A stretch of DNA of 63,032 bases, filler included, from Choristocarpus tenellus KU-1152 (Eukaryota; Protista; Phaeophyceae), in assembly GCA_964200185.2 (NCBI GenBank). It is 10 parts of 10 records of this genome, joined end to end, with 100 filler letters (N's around TTAATTAATTAA, not from the genome) between each part and the next. Parts side by side here need not be neighbours in the genome. Positions count along the whole stretch, not along the records: positions 1 to 5,150 come from CAXNAD020011707.1; positions 5,251 to 13,374 come from CAXNAD020005104.1; 8 more parts are not named here. The stretch is one strand, 5' to 3'. The position numbers were made by a program, and so were the translations under genes. Positions 1 to 11,400 of this stretch are shown here, piece by piece. Each line of letters begins with the position of its first letter. Positions within the stretch are counted from its first letter, which is position 1. The notes under the pieces were generated by a model. The model was not told where the DNA came from, ran no database searches, and saw only the letters and a program-made list of their open reading frames with translations.

Positions 1-41
1 CCAAATGGACAGCCGCCACCCCCTCCCAGATACTTTGAGCC
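1..41. mobile_element. MITE family B, short-spacer end at contig start
   Basis: CCAAATGGACAGCC...CCCAGATACTTTGAGCC, the same end as the complete copy at 59251-59434. Confidence 0.85.
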
Positions 42-182
42 TCTATGTTACGTAAAGGTGTGTCTGGAACAAGGATATTGACACTTCCTAACAAACACAA
101 TAGCCAAAATCACATCAAAATCGCAACATTGGATATTAGACCCCAAACGGATGTGGCTCTACCCTCTAAGAAACTTTGACTC
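42..182 (+). mobile_element. MITE family A, 3' half (interrupted by family B)
   Basis: Matches the right half of the 260-bp family A and ends TACCCTCTAAGAAACTTTGACTC. Confidence 0.9.
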
Positions 183-330
183 TAAAATGTATACAACTAT
201 GAAAGGTGTGTCCGGAGCAAGGATATTGACACTTGCTAACAACCACGATAACCAAAATTACATCAATATCGCAACATTGGATTTTGGACCCCAAACGTAC
301 GCGGCCCTACCCTCCTAAATGCTTTAACTC
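183..330 (+). mobile_element. MITE family A (A2 variant), 3' half
   Basis: A second right half ending TACCCTCCTAAATGCTTTAACTC; shares the TTGCTAAC and TIR GC variants with 8110-8642. Confidence 0.9.
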
Positions 331-921
331 TCTCCGTTGCAGATGAGGTAGAACCACACCTCGTCGACATGAATGTTGAGACCAGTCCTGTACGTCTTGC
401 AGTTGAAGAAGATCCGGTCGAGGATGAAGTCCACCTGGTCCTTCTTAATAGAAAAGGAAAGGCTAGGGGTGATGTTCCACTGAACCCTTGTTGCTCCCAT
501 GGCATGGAGCCAGCTCTGAAGCTTTGAGCTGCCGACTGTGAGGCCCACTTCGCAAGCTTGGCGGAAAGTCGATCGAGAGTCAGTGTGTGGTTACAGGCGT
601 TGATTCCCAGATCCTCTCTTCTTTTGTTGGCGTAAAGTCCAAAAGCCAGTCAGACCGTGCTTGTGATTTCAGAGAGACGGTATTCCCACTGTCTAGCTGT
701 GCTTTCATGTGCTCACACAACAGTCTAGGGTATCTCTCTCACACTTCAAACTCTTTGGTCAATTTTGGTCCCACACCCCTCAGGAGCCTCTTGTGACCCA
801 GAGGAAGAGTCAATGCATAACACAGAGCAAGTGCAGTCCGACCTTCCTCAGACAGCTCCCAGTTCTTTCCACGAGCTGGTGGGCTTTGTGCTGGGGACGA
901 TGAGCTCTGGGGGCTTGCCAT
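331..921 (-). pseudogene. Degenerate Tc1/mariner transposase (plant-type mariner-like), N-terminal half
   Basis: ORF 324-548 contains IHVDEVWFYL, resembling the IHxDEKWFY first catalytic Asp motif of plant/stramenopile mariners. The upstream ORF 739-978 gives an HTH-like N-terminus. Stops and frameshifts are present, and a MITE truncates it at 330. Confidence 0.7.
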
Positions 922-1342
922 GGGGGTTGTATGCGTGCTGTATGCAAGTAGACAGGCTCTGTATTCCCTTGCTATCAATGCAGAGGGCTGTTGGAGCGAT
1001 ATTTGCTTGAGTGCTTACTGGTGGGGTTGTGAGATTGGTGGGCGGCTCCACGCTGCACCAGGACCATTAAAAAATGAGCCGAATATTCCCCATTGTGTGT
1101 TCCATAATTTCGGGACCATTTCAGAATGGAATTCTTGCAAAATTCTTCGATTTTTTTAAGATATCTGTTGGTGTAAAATATTCCAAGGAATCCAAGGCAA
1201 AATCCGTTTCTTGTTGTTGGAGATCATGTCGAAGAGCTACAACATAACGTCTGAGACCTATAGGACAGAGGGAGTATGGCAAACTTAGGAGACCGAAAAG
1301 CAACCTCAACATAGATGCGCGCGCGCTCGCACACACACACAC

Positions 1343-3732
1343 CTTGAAGTTTGCCTGTCTGCCAGGAGCCCTGCAAGGTGTCGTTTGTGGTCTGAGTACG
1401 TGTACGGAAAGGCATGTGCCACACGATATGTGTCGCCTGCGTTCTCAAAGGCCACGGAAAAGGACAGGGTGTAGAAGTTGCCCTGAGAACCGTCCGGCTT
1501 GTACCATGTGAAACCGTTACTGCCAGGCATCAAACAAGAAAATATAGAATAGAATCGTGTTTCAAAGAACGATAATCCGAAACAGGAAACATGGAAATGC
1601 CTTTCTATCAGGGTCATGATCAAGAAATGCAAAATGTTGACCGGGGAGACATATCCAAGGTGCTGGGAGGGGGGGGGTGAGAGGACGGACTTGAAGTTTT
1701 CAAAGCAAGAGAGGCAGAGAGAGGGTTCTAGGATCATATTGTTCAGACATATCATACTTTGTGGAAGCAGCACCATACAACTACTATGTTATACATATGC
1801 ACAAGATGAGAGACTCTGCAGAGACCTCTCAGGTTCTGACTCTTCTTGACTGTGCAGGGTATCAGGCGAATTTGCACCGTAAGCATGGCAATATCTGTGC
1901 AACATTTTTTTCCTTATTTTTCCTAACTCTATTACTACAAACACTTCGATTGCCAACAAGTATCCCAAAATTTAGTCTCCTTGAATGCACTACAGAGTCA
2001 AAGTATCTTGGAGGGTAGAGCCGCATCCATTTTGGAGGGCAAAATCCAATGTTGCGATTGTGATGTAACTATGGCTATTATGTTTGTTAGGAAGTGTCAA
2101 AATCATTTTTCCGGACACACCTTTTCATGACGTATATGTTTTGCCTACTCAGAAATGGCTTTGCGGTAGGTAAAATATGTTTAAAACCCGTGGGAAGCCA
2201 AGCCCCAAATGTACAAACATGGCAAAACTCGTACCCTCTAAGATACTTTCACTCTACATATGCATCAATGTTTTGTGATGCTAAGTGCCTTGAAGATTGC
2301 ATTTAAAGACTGTCACCTCACAAATCCTCCATGTGTTCCTACGTTACCACATTGCTACACATGTTGTGTGTATAATACCAAACTAAAATGAGAACACGCC
2401 ATGAATGATATCATGATCTGAACGCAAGTGTTCTACTGACTGTAAATAACCCCACCCCTGGAAACTCAACAGCAATGGCGTAGTGTTGCATTTCATGCGC
2501 TCTGCATGTTTGACGAGGTGGAGAGTAAGGGTGCTGACTCACCAGTAGTAATCAATATTGTGTCCACATCTCCTCCACCCTACACCCTGGACAGAGGCAT
2601 CCCGATCCGAGTACATCACTGGGCGCATGCCCATGCTGAACAGGCTGTCAGGTTTGGTGAGGTTGACCAAGTTGAAGCGTATTGTGGATGGCATGCTCTC
2701 CGTCCCTTCCAACAAAAGAGGCAAGAATCATCCCCAGCAATTGGGAATTTTACTATTGTACTTAATATTATGAACTAGGGTTAGGTCTATTGTTTGGGCT
2801 TACTGTTGGAGAGAGAGAGAGGTTCGTGTCCACAGCACTGACCTAACAGGGAAGAATAAACGATGTAAATACAGGACTTGTCATAGGGCAAAAGAGGAGG
2901 CACTAGAGTGCAGATGTTGAGAGGCAATGGGAAATGGAGCAAAGGGCGTGAATAGGAGAGGTGGTGGAGACAGTGGGGGCTACGGAGGCAGTGGGGGCTG
3001 TGGAGACAGTAGAGCATGGAACAGCGATGTGTCTTTCTCAGAGGTTTGTTGAACTGGAAAATTTTCCACACAAATCTACCTCAGCTGCAGGGATTATCAC
3101 ACCCTATTTAGCAAATCGTTTCAGTTCACTACCATAAAATATATGGTCTAGAAATATTCTAACTCCTCTGGACTATCTTTTTTTGTTGATTTGTTCTTCC
3201 CCGATCACAATTTATTCTTTGCTTGCAGTGTCCACTACTACTGGTCGCTTATGTGTGTAAGGAGTTAGATCGCACATAGAAGCCCCCTTGTCCTCTTTTC
3301 CTCCTCCCCTCCTTCCTTGCTTTCAAGGCAGAGCATCAAAGAGACACACCAACACCCAAGGGGAAGAAGAACACTGTGCTAAAACAAACAGAGGCCTATC
3401 CGTGTGTCGAGGTCGAAATCTCCCTGCTACCTCCCCTGCATTGTCAATCTGGTGTAGGCCTCCTGCTTTTTTCAACTCTCTTCCTTTCTCCCCAGCGGCA
3501 TTTCTCACCTACCCACCCCACCCCACCCCTCACTGCATCGGCCCTCACCCACACCCCCACCATCTCATTTAAAATAACAGGAAGAGGGGTGGGGGGGGGA
3601 CTGTAGTCAGATACACCATTGTGCACACTCACCTGGCCTGTGTGTCTTACGAACAGCGAAGTAGAACCATTGTGTGTGTCCATGGGTGTGGAGGTCTGGG
3701 CGAAGGAACAGGTCGTACTCCGCCGGCCCACG
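1343..3732 (-). CDS. Cytosolic carboxypeptidase (CCP/AGBL, M14D tubulin deglutamylase), partial: exons 3732-3633 (or -3651), 2705-2543, 1519-1343
   Basis: Exons encode [48 protein letters not shown] and [10 protein letters not shown]...[10 protein letters not shown], the canonical CCP N-domain motifs. GT-AG boundaries have consistent phases. Confidence 0.9.
1995..2254 (-). mobile_element. MITE family A, complete, in CCP intron
   Basis: 23-bp TIRs GAGT(C/G)AAAGTATCTT(A/G)GAGGGTA; 4-bp TSD TACA. Confidence 0.95.
2960..3010 (+). repeat. 18-bp tandem repeat, about 3 copies
   Basis: GTGGAGACAGTGGGGGCT-like units. Confidence 0.7.
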
Positions 3733-4059
3733 CTACATATAGCAAGAACAACAAAAATTAGAGCAGAAATAACATCAATGACGTTCACCATCATTATCAT
3801 GACAATTGAGCAAAGCGGAAGGAGTTGGGAACAAAGGTGCAGGGGAAAGTCAGGGGGCTGATGGCAGGGAAGGGTGGGGTGAATCTAGAGGTGCGAGGGA
3901 CTGGGGCAGAGGGCATTGTGATTTGTAGGTGGGTGGAAGGGAGAGCAAAGAGGTAAGGTTTGAAGTCGAAAGTATGTGTGGCATCTTCTCAGGGGGTAGG
4001 ATGAAACCGTCTTATATGTGGGGCTAATGCTCCACAGTCTGCTTAGAACACAAAAGAAA

Positions 4060-4321
4060 GAGTGAAAGTATCTTAGAGGGTACGAGTTTTTCCCTGTTTG
4101 TCCATTTGGGGCTTGGCTACCCACAGTTTTTTTTAAATGACATTTCACCTACTCTGAAATATTTCGGAGTAGGTTAAATGTGTACGATATGAAAATGGAG
4201 TGTCCGGAACAAGGACGTTGCATCTCCTAACAAAAATGATAGCCAAAATTACATCAAAATCGCAACATTGGATTTTGGCCCCCAAATGGACGCGGCTCTA
4301 TCCTCTAAGATACTTCGACTC
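4060..4321 (+). mobile_element. MITE family A, complete
   Basis: TIRs GAGTGAAAGTATCTTAGAGGGTA / TATCCTCTAAGATACTTCGACTC; AAA on both flanks; central hairpin 4140-4181. Confidence 0.95.
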
Positions 4322-4366
4322 AAACAATGAACTCTACAAGATACAATCTCTACTGCACTGTACAGG

Positions 4367-4405
4367 TGTGTTTGTGTGTGTGTGTGTGTGTGTGCGTGTG
4401 TGTGT
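4367..4405 (+). repeat. (TG)n microsatellite
   Basis: Directly visible. Confidence 0.9.
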
Positions 4406-4703
4406 ACTATTTGGCTGAACTGATACAGTGGTATAGTGGTACACTCAGTGTTCATGTGGGCGGTATAGTGGTCACCTCCAGCGGTGAAAAGGGGAAATAA
4501 ATGTGCGAGATCCTTACAACTGTTTGAGATATTCTACATCCTACTTCACAAAGCAGGTTAGGGTAAGGGGGGAGGGGGGGGGTGGAAGGGTCCTCATGGC
4601 TATGTAGATATGTATGTGAGTGCCGAACACACAAAGACATATCAAATGCACAGATGCAACTACCTACCATAGGATTTAGGCAAGAGAGTATTTAACGGAC
4701 TGA

Positions 4704-4967
4704 GAGCCAAAGTATACCAGAGGTACCCACCCTGGTTTGGGTTGTTTTGCATTTTATGCCATTTTTTTTAGTCTTTAGAAATTCACCCGTAGTTCTACGG
4801 ATGGCGTCCTAACTTTGACTTGAGAGCATTGATTTCTCTATTGTTTTAATTTTTTTGACACAATTCAGAAAATACCCTATACACACTTATTAAATTAGAC
4901 GAACTTTACAGTTATTAGTCTGCATCCTTGGAATGCAACTCTGGGAACCTCTCGTTTGCTTCAACTC
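4704..4967 (+). mobile_element. MITE family C, complete
   Basis: GAGCCAAAGTATACCAGAGGTACCC...GGGAACCTCTCGTTTGCTTCAACTC; interior similar to 30350-30598 and 30864-31086. Confidence 0.8.
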
Positions 4968-5124
4968 TGTCGGACACAGTACAGCAGTAGCCAAGTGAGG
5001 CTAATAGGTCACATCAGTCTTGAAGCCAAGGTGATGCTGGTGTCACAGACTAGTTAAGATCCACATTGCTTTCTGGATTCGGAGCAAGTCAAAGATTGAA
5101 CAGGCGATCCATATGTCTCACCTA

Positions 5125-5150
5125 GACCCAAAGTATCTGGGAGGGGGGGG
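5125..5150. mobile_element. MITE family B end at contig end
   Basis: GACCCAAAGTATCTGGGAGGGGGGGG. Confidence 0.85.
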
Positions 5151-5250
5151 NNNNNNNNNNNNNNNNNNNNNNNNNNNNNNNNNNNNNNNNNNNNTTAATT
5201 AATTAANNNNNNNNNNNNNNNNNNNNNNNNNNNNNNNNNNNNNNNNNNNN
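5151..5250. other. Artificial contig linker N44-TTAATTAATTAA-N44 (first of 9)
   Basis: Identical 100-nt linkers at 5151, 13375, 18044, 20947, 24318, 35392, 38258, 47412 and 58983; TTAATTAATTAA gives stops in all six frames. There is also a 10-N gap at 19445-19454. Confidence 0.98.
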
Positions 5251-5309
5251 TTTCACCTAAATGGACACCCAGGTGTAGACCCCCCCCCCTCCCCCAGATA
5301 CTTTGAGTC
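5251..5309. mobile_element. MITE family B long-spacer end at contig start
   Basis: AAATGGACACCC...poly-C...CAGATACTTTGAGTC. Confidence 0.85.
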
Positions 5310-5477
5310 TGTGATATACTTCTTGAATAAGTACATTGTACTTGGAGTACTTGTCTTGTTCGTGCTCAGTACATGCACAAAAATTTCCTCTTCCACTGTC
5401 CTCACCCTCTTGTACCCACAGGAATCACCAACCATACGCCTCACCTCCCCTATCTTTTCCTTTGGTGATTGTAGCAG

Positions 5478-8400
5478 AATGATAGTGCTGAGGTCATTTC
5501 GAATTCCCTCCCAACTTCTAGCAAAGCCCTTAGTGGGGCAAGGCCATTGAGGATACCCAACCAAGTTACTGGGGCAGCTGAGGAAATACCAGAGATTTAC
5601 ATCGCAAGTGCCCCTCCCAACCTTTCACTGGAGGACTTGAAAGTGATGCATCAAGATAGTACTCGGGTGAGGTATTTAGGGAAAAGGCTATACATGTGCA
5701 TAAGCTCAATCATTTCTCTTCCATTTTTGAGGATATCACACAATTGACAAAGCCGTTGTAGTTATGCAGATATTGTGACAGCATAAATTCCACCTCTTCA
5801 AATCCTCTCTCAAAGCCTTCTAATCTCCCCTGCCCTTCCCACTCCCTGCCCCCTCCCTACAATTCAGGATCACTTCCTAGAATGTTGTCCATAGCCCATA
5901 TACATGTCAGCCTACATTGCATTTGTGGATTTTCTCAGTCGAATGAGTGTTGGGAGGGTATTTCGTGGATCCATTGTGAGGGCTTTGCTCGTACTGCAAC
6001 CATAAATCCAACCCTAGCCAAACTCCTGCTGAAGTCAAATTTCAATGAAGAACTTGTCACAGAGATGTTCCCCGCCATGCTGAGCTTCCACCCCTGGCTT
6101 CATCTTGTACCCTTACCCACACCCATATCTTGCAGGCTGACAACAAATCTCTCTCCCAACCCGGCGATACTTTCAACCCTGCTTCTCCACTCGTGGATGC
6201 AAGCAGCACCCCTGTAGAGGCCGACAATACTCTGAACCTTGTCGCATCGGCACTTGATAAGTCTGTTAATGCCACCTCTCCAGCAGGAGGTGATGGAGAT
6301 GAGATGGAGTTATTGGATGCTGAGAGTGCTGTAACTGGGTTGTCTGCAGCAATGATTGCACCTGTGTTATACCAGGTGGGCTATAGCCTTAGGGAGAGTA
6401 GTATCGAGATTTCAACTAACCAGGGAACGACAGGAATGATGTGCTGGACAAGGGTTGAGTGAAGGTATCTTAGAGGGTACAAGTTTTGCCCTTTTTGTCC
6501 ATTTGGGGCTTGGCTTCGCATATTTTGTTTTTTTACATTTTCTTACTCCAAAATGTTTCAGTATAGGTAAAATGTATACGTTATGAAAGGTGTGTCTGGA
6601 ACAAGGATATTGAAACTGCCTAACAAGCACGATGGCCAACATTGCATCAAAATCACAACATTGGGTTTTGGCCCCCAAATGGATGTGGCCCCACCCTCTA
6701 TGATGCTTTGGCTCAGTTGTGTTCACTATCATGCCCCAATCAGATACCTGTTTGCCAGTCCTAAGTACATACCTCTATTCACCTTGTCCATGAAAGTAAA
6801 ACCGCCACAATCCCTCAAATCCCCTTAAGGAAGAACAGCAGGATGGACAGCATAACCAAAGTGTAGTGGATATTGGGAGCATAGGGGACCAGGATGAGGA
6901 GCAGGGGGAGAAAAAGGAGTTACACATAGGCAGTAGAGACTTGATGGATAACAACCACATACATATGAGCACTGGAGATATGGACGGTGGTAACTGTTCC
7001 ACAAAGCCAGGAGGGGGCAAGGCGGAGAGGAGAGACGTGGGGCAGGAGAGAGGGGATAAGATAGAGAAATTCAGAGAGGAGAAGGCAGGAGGGGCAACCG
7101 AGGAGGAAGGAGAGAGATTCGGGGAATTGAAGAAGGTGGGAAAGGACTTCCCTTCAAGTGGAGTAGATACAGTTGATATGAACCATGCCCCTGAGGCAGG
7201 AGAGGACGAAACAGTGGAGAGAGGGGCAGAACAAGAGGAGGGCGACGGAATAGAGGAAGGTGAAAATGGAAAGAGAGGAGGAGCAGTGGAAGAGAAAGAT
7301 GACGGAGAAGACCTATTGGGCATGCTCACAAGTGAAAATGCAATCACCCAAAACTACGAAGATGATCATCAGGTGTTGCTACATCGACTGGTGAGCAATT
7401 TCTACTGGACTACCACTGTCAGGAGTATCAATTTCTCTTCGAAGGCTTACTGGTATTCTCTGCTCACTGCCTCCATTGTCCCCCAACCCATGTTAAGATC
7501 TTTCTCGTCAACTCCTATTCCGAAAGGTCGATTCATGCCTGTGTTATTATGGGGGATGCTACTGAGAACAAGATGCACCACCAACAAATGTTTGATTTGT
7601 ATGTCTTCTTTGACTTCCAGAACATATTACACAATTATAGTACACCACTTACCTAAGTATTGCAGTGGCATAAGGGGAAAAGGTAACACCAAGAAGGAGC
7701 CATAAACCAGTCTAGAAATCCATGTGCAGTCTATGTACTGATCATAATCCTCCTCACCTCCCTGCATTTCAGTTGATACTCAGTACGTTTTAGTCTAATT
7801 CAAGTTAAACGATCGTATCCCAGCAGGGCTTCTTCCTATCGAGTTCACAGATATGCTTTTAGATAATGTAAAAGTCGTGTCAGGACCAATATCATTTGGT
7901 TGATGCCTTCTAATGTTGATGCGGTTCCAGTAGCCTCTGTTGTGGCAAAACAGGCCAGAAGTTTTCCACTTGACCTAAGGGCATAGGGTACCCCACTCTT
8001 GGTTATGGAGTCCTAGATCACATTAACGAGAAAGTGCATATGATACTACTACCACCGAATACTCTGAGGTAAAATGACACTTTTTAGGGGTCGCAGGGCT
8101 GCCATGCTAGAGCCAAAGCACTTAAGAGGGTAGGGCTACATCTGTTTGGGGTCCAAAATCCAATGTTCTGATTTTGATTCATTTTGGTTGTCATGTTTGT
8201 TAGCAAGAGTCAATATCCTTGCTCCAGCAGTCACACCTTTTATAGTCGTACTGAGCCAAAGTATCTTAGAGGGTAGAGTCACGTCCATCTGGGGACCAAA
8301 GTCGGATGTTGCGATTATGATATACTTTTGGCTATCGCTTTTGTTAGGAAGTGTCAATATCCATGTTCCTGACACACGTTTTCCTAACACAAACACTTTA

Positions 8401-11400
8401 CCTACTCCTAAACATTTTGGAGTAGCAAAATGTCACTAAAGAACTCATGAGAAGCCAAGCCCCAAATGGACAAACGGGGCAAATCTCATACCCTCTAAGA
8501 TCATTTCACTCACTCCGACATGTTTCGGAGTAGGTAACTATGTTTACAGAGAAAACCGAAAAGGGGCACAAAAACCCATGGGAAGCCAAGCCCCAAACTG
8601 ACAAACAGGGCAAAACTCCTATCCTCTTACATGATTTGGTTCGCTAACTTGGACAATTTGTAGCTTTCCCCAACTTGTTATTGTTTAGTATCTTACCGGA
8701 GTGCATATCATAGTCCCAGTCAAATAAATTCCAGCTATTGAGATGTGTCTTCAAAGGCTAGAGAGGACAAGAAATCAGCATTATATTGTACAAGATGAAT
8801 TTTGATGTCATACCCTCAATCTCACGGCAGACATGGTGCCCAGATCATAATAGGCGAGGCACCTACCCATGGGTATTATTCCTCCTGTTGGATCATTTGC
8901 GTTTATATTGTGTATTTGGTCTTATTGGAATCCACATCGATTGGACATCACAGTGGACGCCTGAGTTGTTAGGGATCTCTTCCTGTCTATCTTTGCATCA
9001 TTTCCCTGGCCTAAATAAAATGGTGTACTTGATTCTCATCAAATATCCCAAAAGCACACTACTATCGAGAATAAAACCTAATGCCTTTGTTATCCTTAAC
9101 ATCAGCTGGCATTACAATCCGATGATGAATTTCCGCGCTGCCCTCATTTCCTAGTTATGTCTACTTCAAAGCTGTGTCCCACTCCAACATGCGGTGTTGC
9201 TGTTGTCTTCTGCACGTCAAAGTGAAGACTTGTGAAGAAGCTTGCTAGTGTCAGAGCATATGATTTGTCCTCCATTTCAATGCTAGAAGCAACTCGGCAT
9301 CCAGTTGCTAACTAAAACGTCGACCCTCTGCAGTTGACAAATTCCAAGTTTTAGCCTTTTTTAGGATGGCATTCTATCTCCCCAGCTCTGAAGCTTATCG
9401 TATAACTGACTTCTCCTCCCCCTGCCTATCTTCCCAAGCAACTCATGAACGGGAGTAGCAGACAAGATGTTATCAAGGAGCCATCTCCTTGCCGAGAGTG
9501 CCCTGAGCTGAAGCATGAGCTTTCCGAACTACATCAACAGGTGACCAAAGTTTCAGGGGCATAGCCAAGTGGGAAAATGAAGCAAGATGGTGGGTTGCGA
9601 TTCTCACTGGCAAAGATACAAACCTGTTTGCCTGTATGCCTGCCTGTCTGTTCATGTGCAATCTGTGCCACATATCACCCTCCCTCTATGCCTCCACATT
9701 CCCACCACATGTTTACAATATATATTCTTCTTTATTCAAGGTTGAACACTATCCCTCCTCGATATAGTCCATCGCTCTTCCTTACCACTTCTATCCCTTG
9801 CAAAGCCGTGACACAAAAACATAAATTTGATTTATCACCACCATCCCACCTCCTCTACTATATATAATAAAGCTAAGCGTGCTGCAGGAGGAGCTTCAGG
9901 AATGTGCAAACCGGCAAGAGCGATGCCAGCAACAGGTTTTCCGATTGACTTCTGAAAATGCTGCCCTACGTCGATCTACAGCTGAATACAGGGATGTCAT
10001 GAACCAAGCAAGAGTCTTGACGGAGCACGTGAGCACATTGGAGCATACTCTGGACCATCATCACTTCACTGCCTTTGCCCAATATTAGGTGTCTATTTCA
10101 CTATGGTACTTTGTGCCTTGTGGATAGATGATAGCCCTCTACTCTATATACTTCTCCCAATAGTAGGTGCCTATTAAGTTCTGTGCAGTTGTTCCTTATG
10201 AGCAAATGATATCCCTGCACCTCACACACCATCTTCGACCGTTGGTCATGCTGCCCATGCCCCTAAAATTCCATTCCAATGCTACCCAAAACCCTGTCAC
10301 TTCTCTTTCTCCATTCTTGACCGGTGCTACAATCTTGTGCACGTTGTGCTCAAGTGGTAGGAACCTATATTCCCAGATAAGTAGCCTATTTCCTTACTCC
10401 CAGCTCAGTTTCATTTCTACTGCAATTGGCTTAGAAGTAAGCTTTTCTGACTTTGTTGACCCTGGACTGTTGTACTTGTTCTGGAAGGTTGTGCTCTTCT
10501 TCCCAGAGAGAGGAAGACTGGGGGGGATTGTTCCCCACCTGCCATTTTGGAAGAGAACGCTTTAACAGTGCTCTAGGGCATAGCTCTGTTCCATAGAGCA
10601 CTGAAGTTTAGTCCGCTTAGTGTCACTCTGGAGTAAAACACGATTAGCTTGTATCTCTGGAGCAGGTGATGTACATATGACCTCGGTAAGCTTGAACCTT
10701 TCACAGACCCGTTCAGGATGTATCTATCACAGGTTTGTTCTATAGTGAGGTCTATTGCCTACCGTGTTATCCTGGTACTCTGCTCCTGCTGGACATTACC
10801 ATTCAAGAAAATATTGTCACAAGGTTGATCCCTGCAAGAATATGAGCACTGCGAAGTGGTCCATAGGCCAATGTCATAGGTCGACTCAAAGCGTTAAAGA
10901 GGGTAGGGCCGCGTCCGTTCGGGATCGTAAATCCAATGTTGCGATTTTGATTAATTTTGGCTATTGTATTTGTTAGACAGTATCGATATTCTTTCTCTGC
11001 ACATACCTTTCATAGTCGTATACATTTTAGGTATCTGTGTTCACGCAGAAAACCGAAAAAGGGCATAAAAAAAACATGGGAAGCTAAGCCCTGAACGGAC
11101 AAACAGGATAAAACTGCTACCCTCTTAAATGCTTTGACTCTTTACAACACTGGATACTTTATGCAGAGTGCTTTGAAGTACTGGGGTTGCCGCACTTCAT
11201 AGCACACAGCAGCCCAATAAACGTATCTACACGTTTCTGTACGCATCTTCTCCATTTCCAGTTCTTCATTAACCCATGTCCCATCAACATATTGTGGCAT
11301 ATTAGATCTCTCAAAGGGCATTAATGTAGGAAGCAACTAAGTGGTTTAATTAAATAACCAATCTGTAATATTATCTTGGGTCACCCCACCTCTGTTCTTT

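Noticed and set aside
1190-1258. Possible next CCP exon (RSQTLCCSS...HDL...TDF)
   Set aside because: An in-frame stop follows after about 11 codons, and the resemblance to the CCP motif needs a frameshift; not supportable.
2094-2306. Recurrent small ORFs containing SYPLRYFHS / GSQAPN / ILAPKW
   Set aside because: Chance translations of MITE family A; reading frames are not conserved between copies.
4060-4321. MITE A as CACTA or Transib because CACTC occurs at one end
   Set aside because: CACTC is the 3' end, so the 5' termini read GAG; the TSDs are not the 5 bp of Transib.
5151-5250. Recurring TTAATTAATTAA palindrome between N-runs
   Set aside because: Artificial contig-joining linker; gene adjacency across linkers is meaningless.
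6457-6714. MITEs acting as Introner-like self-splicing-out introns
   Set aside because: All genic copies lie inside larger introns; none coincides with exon-intron boundaries.
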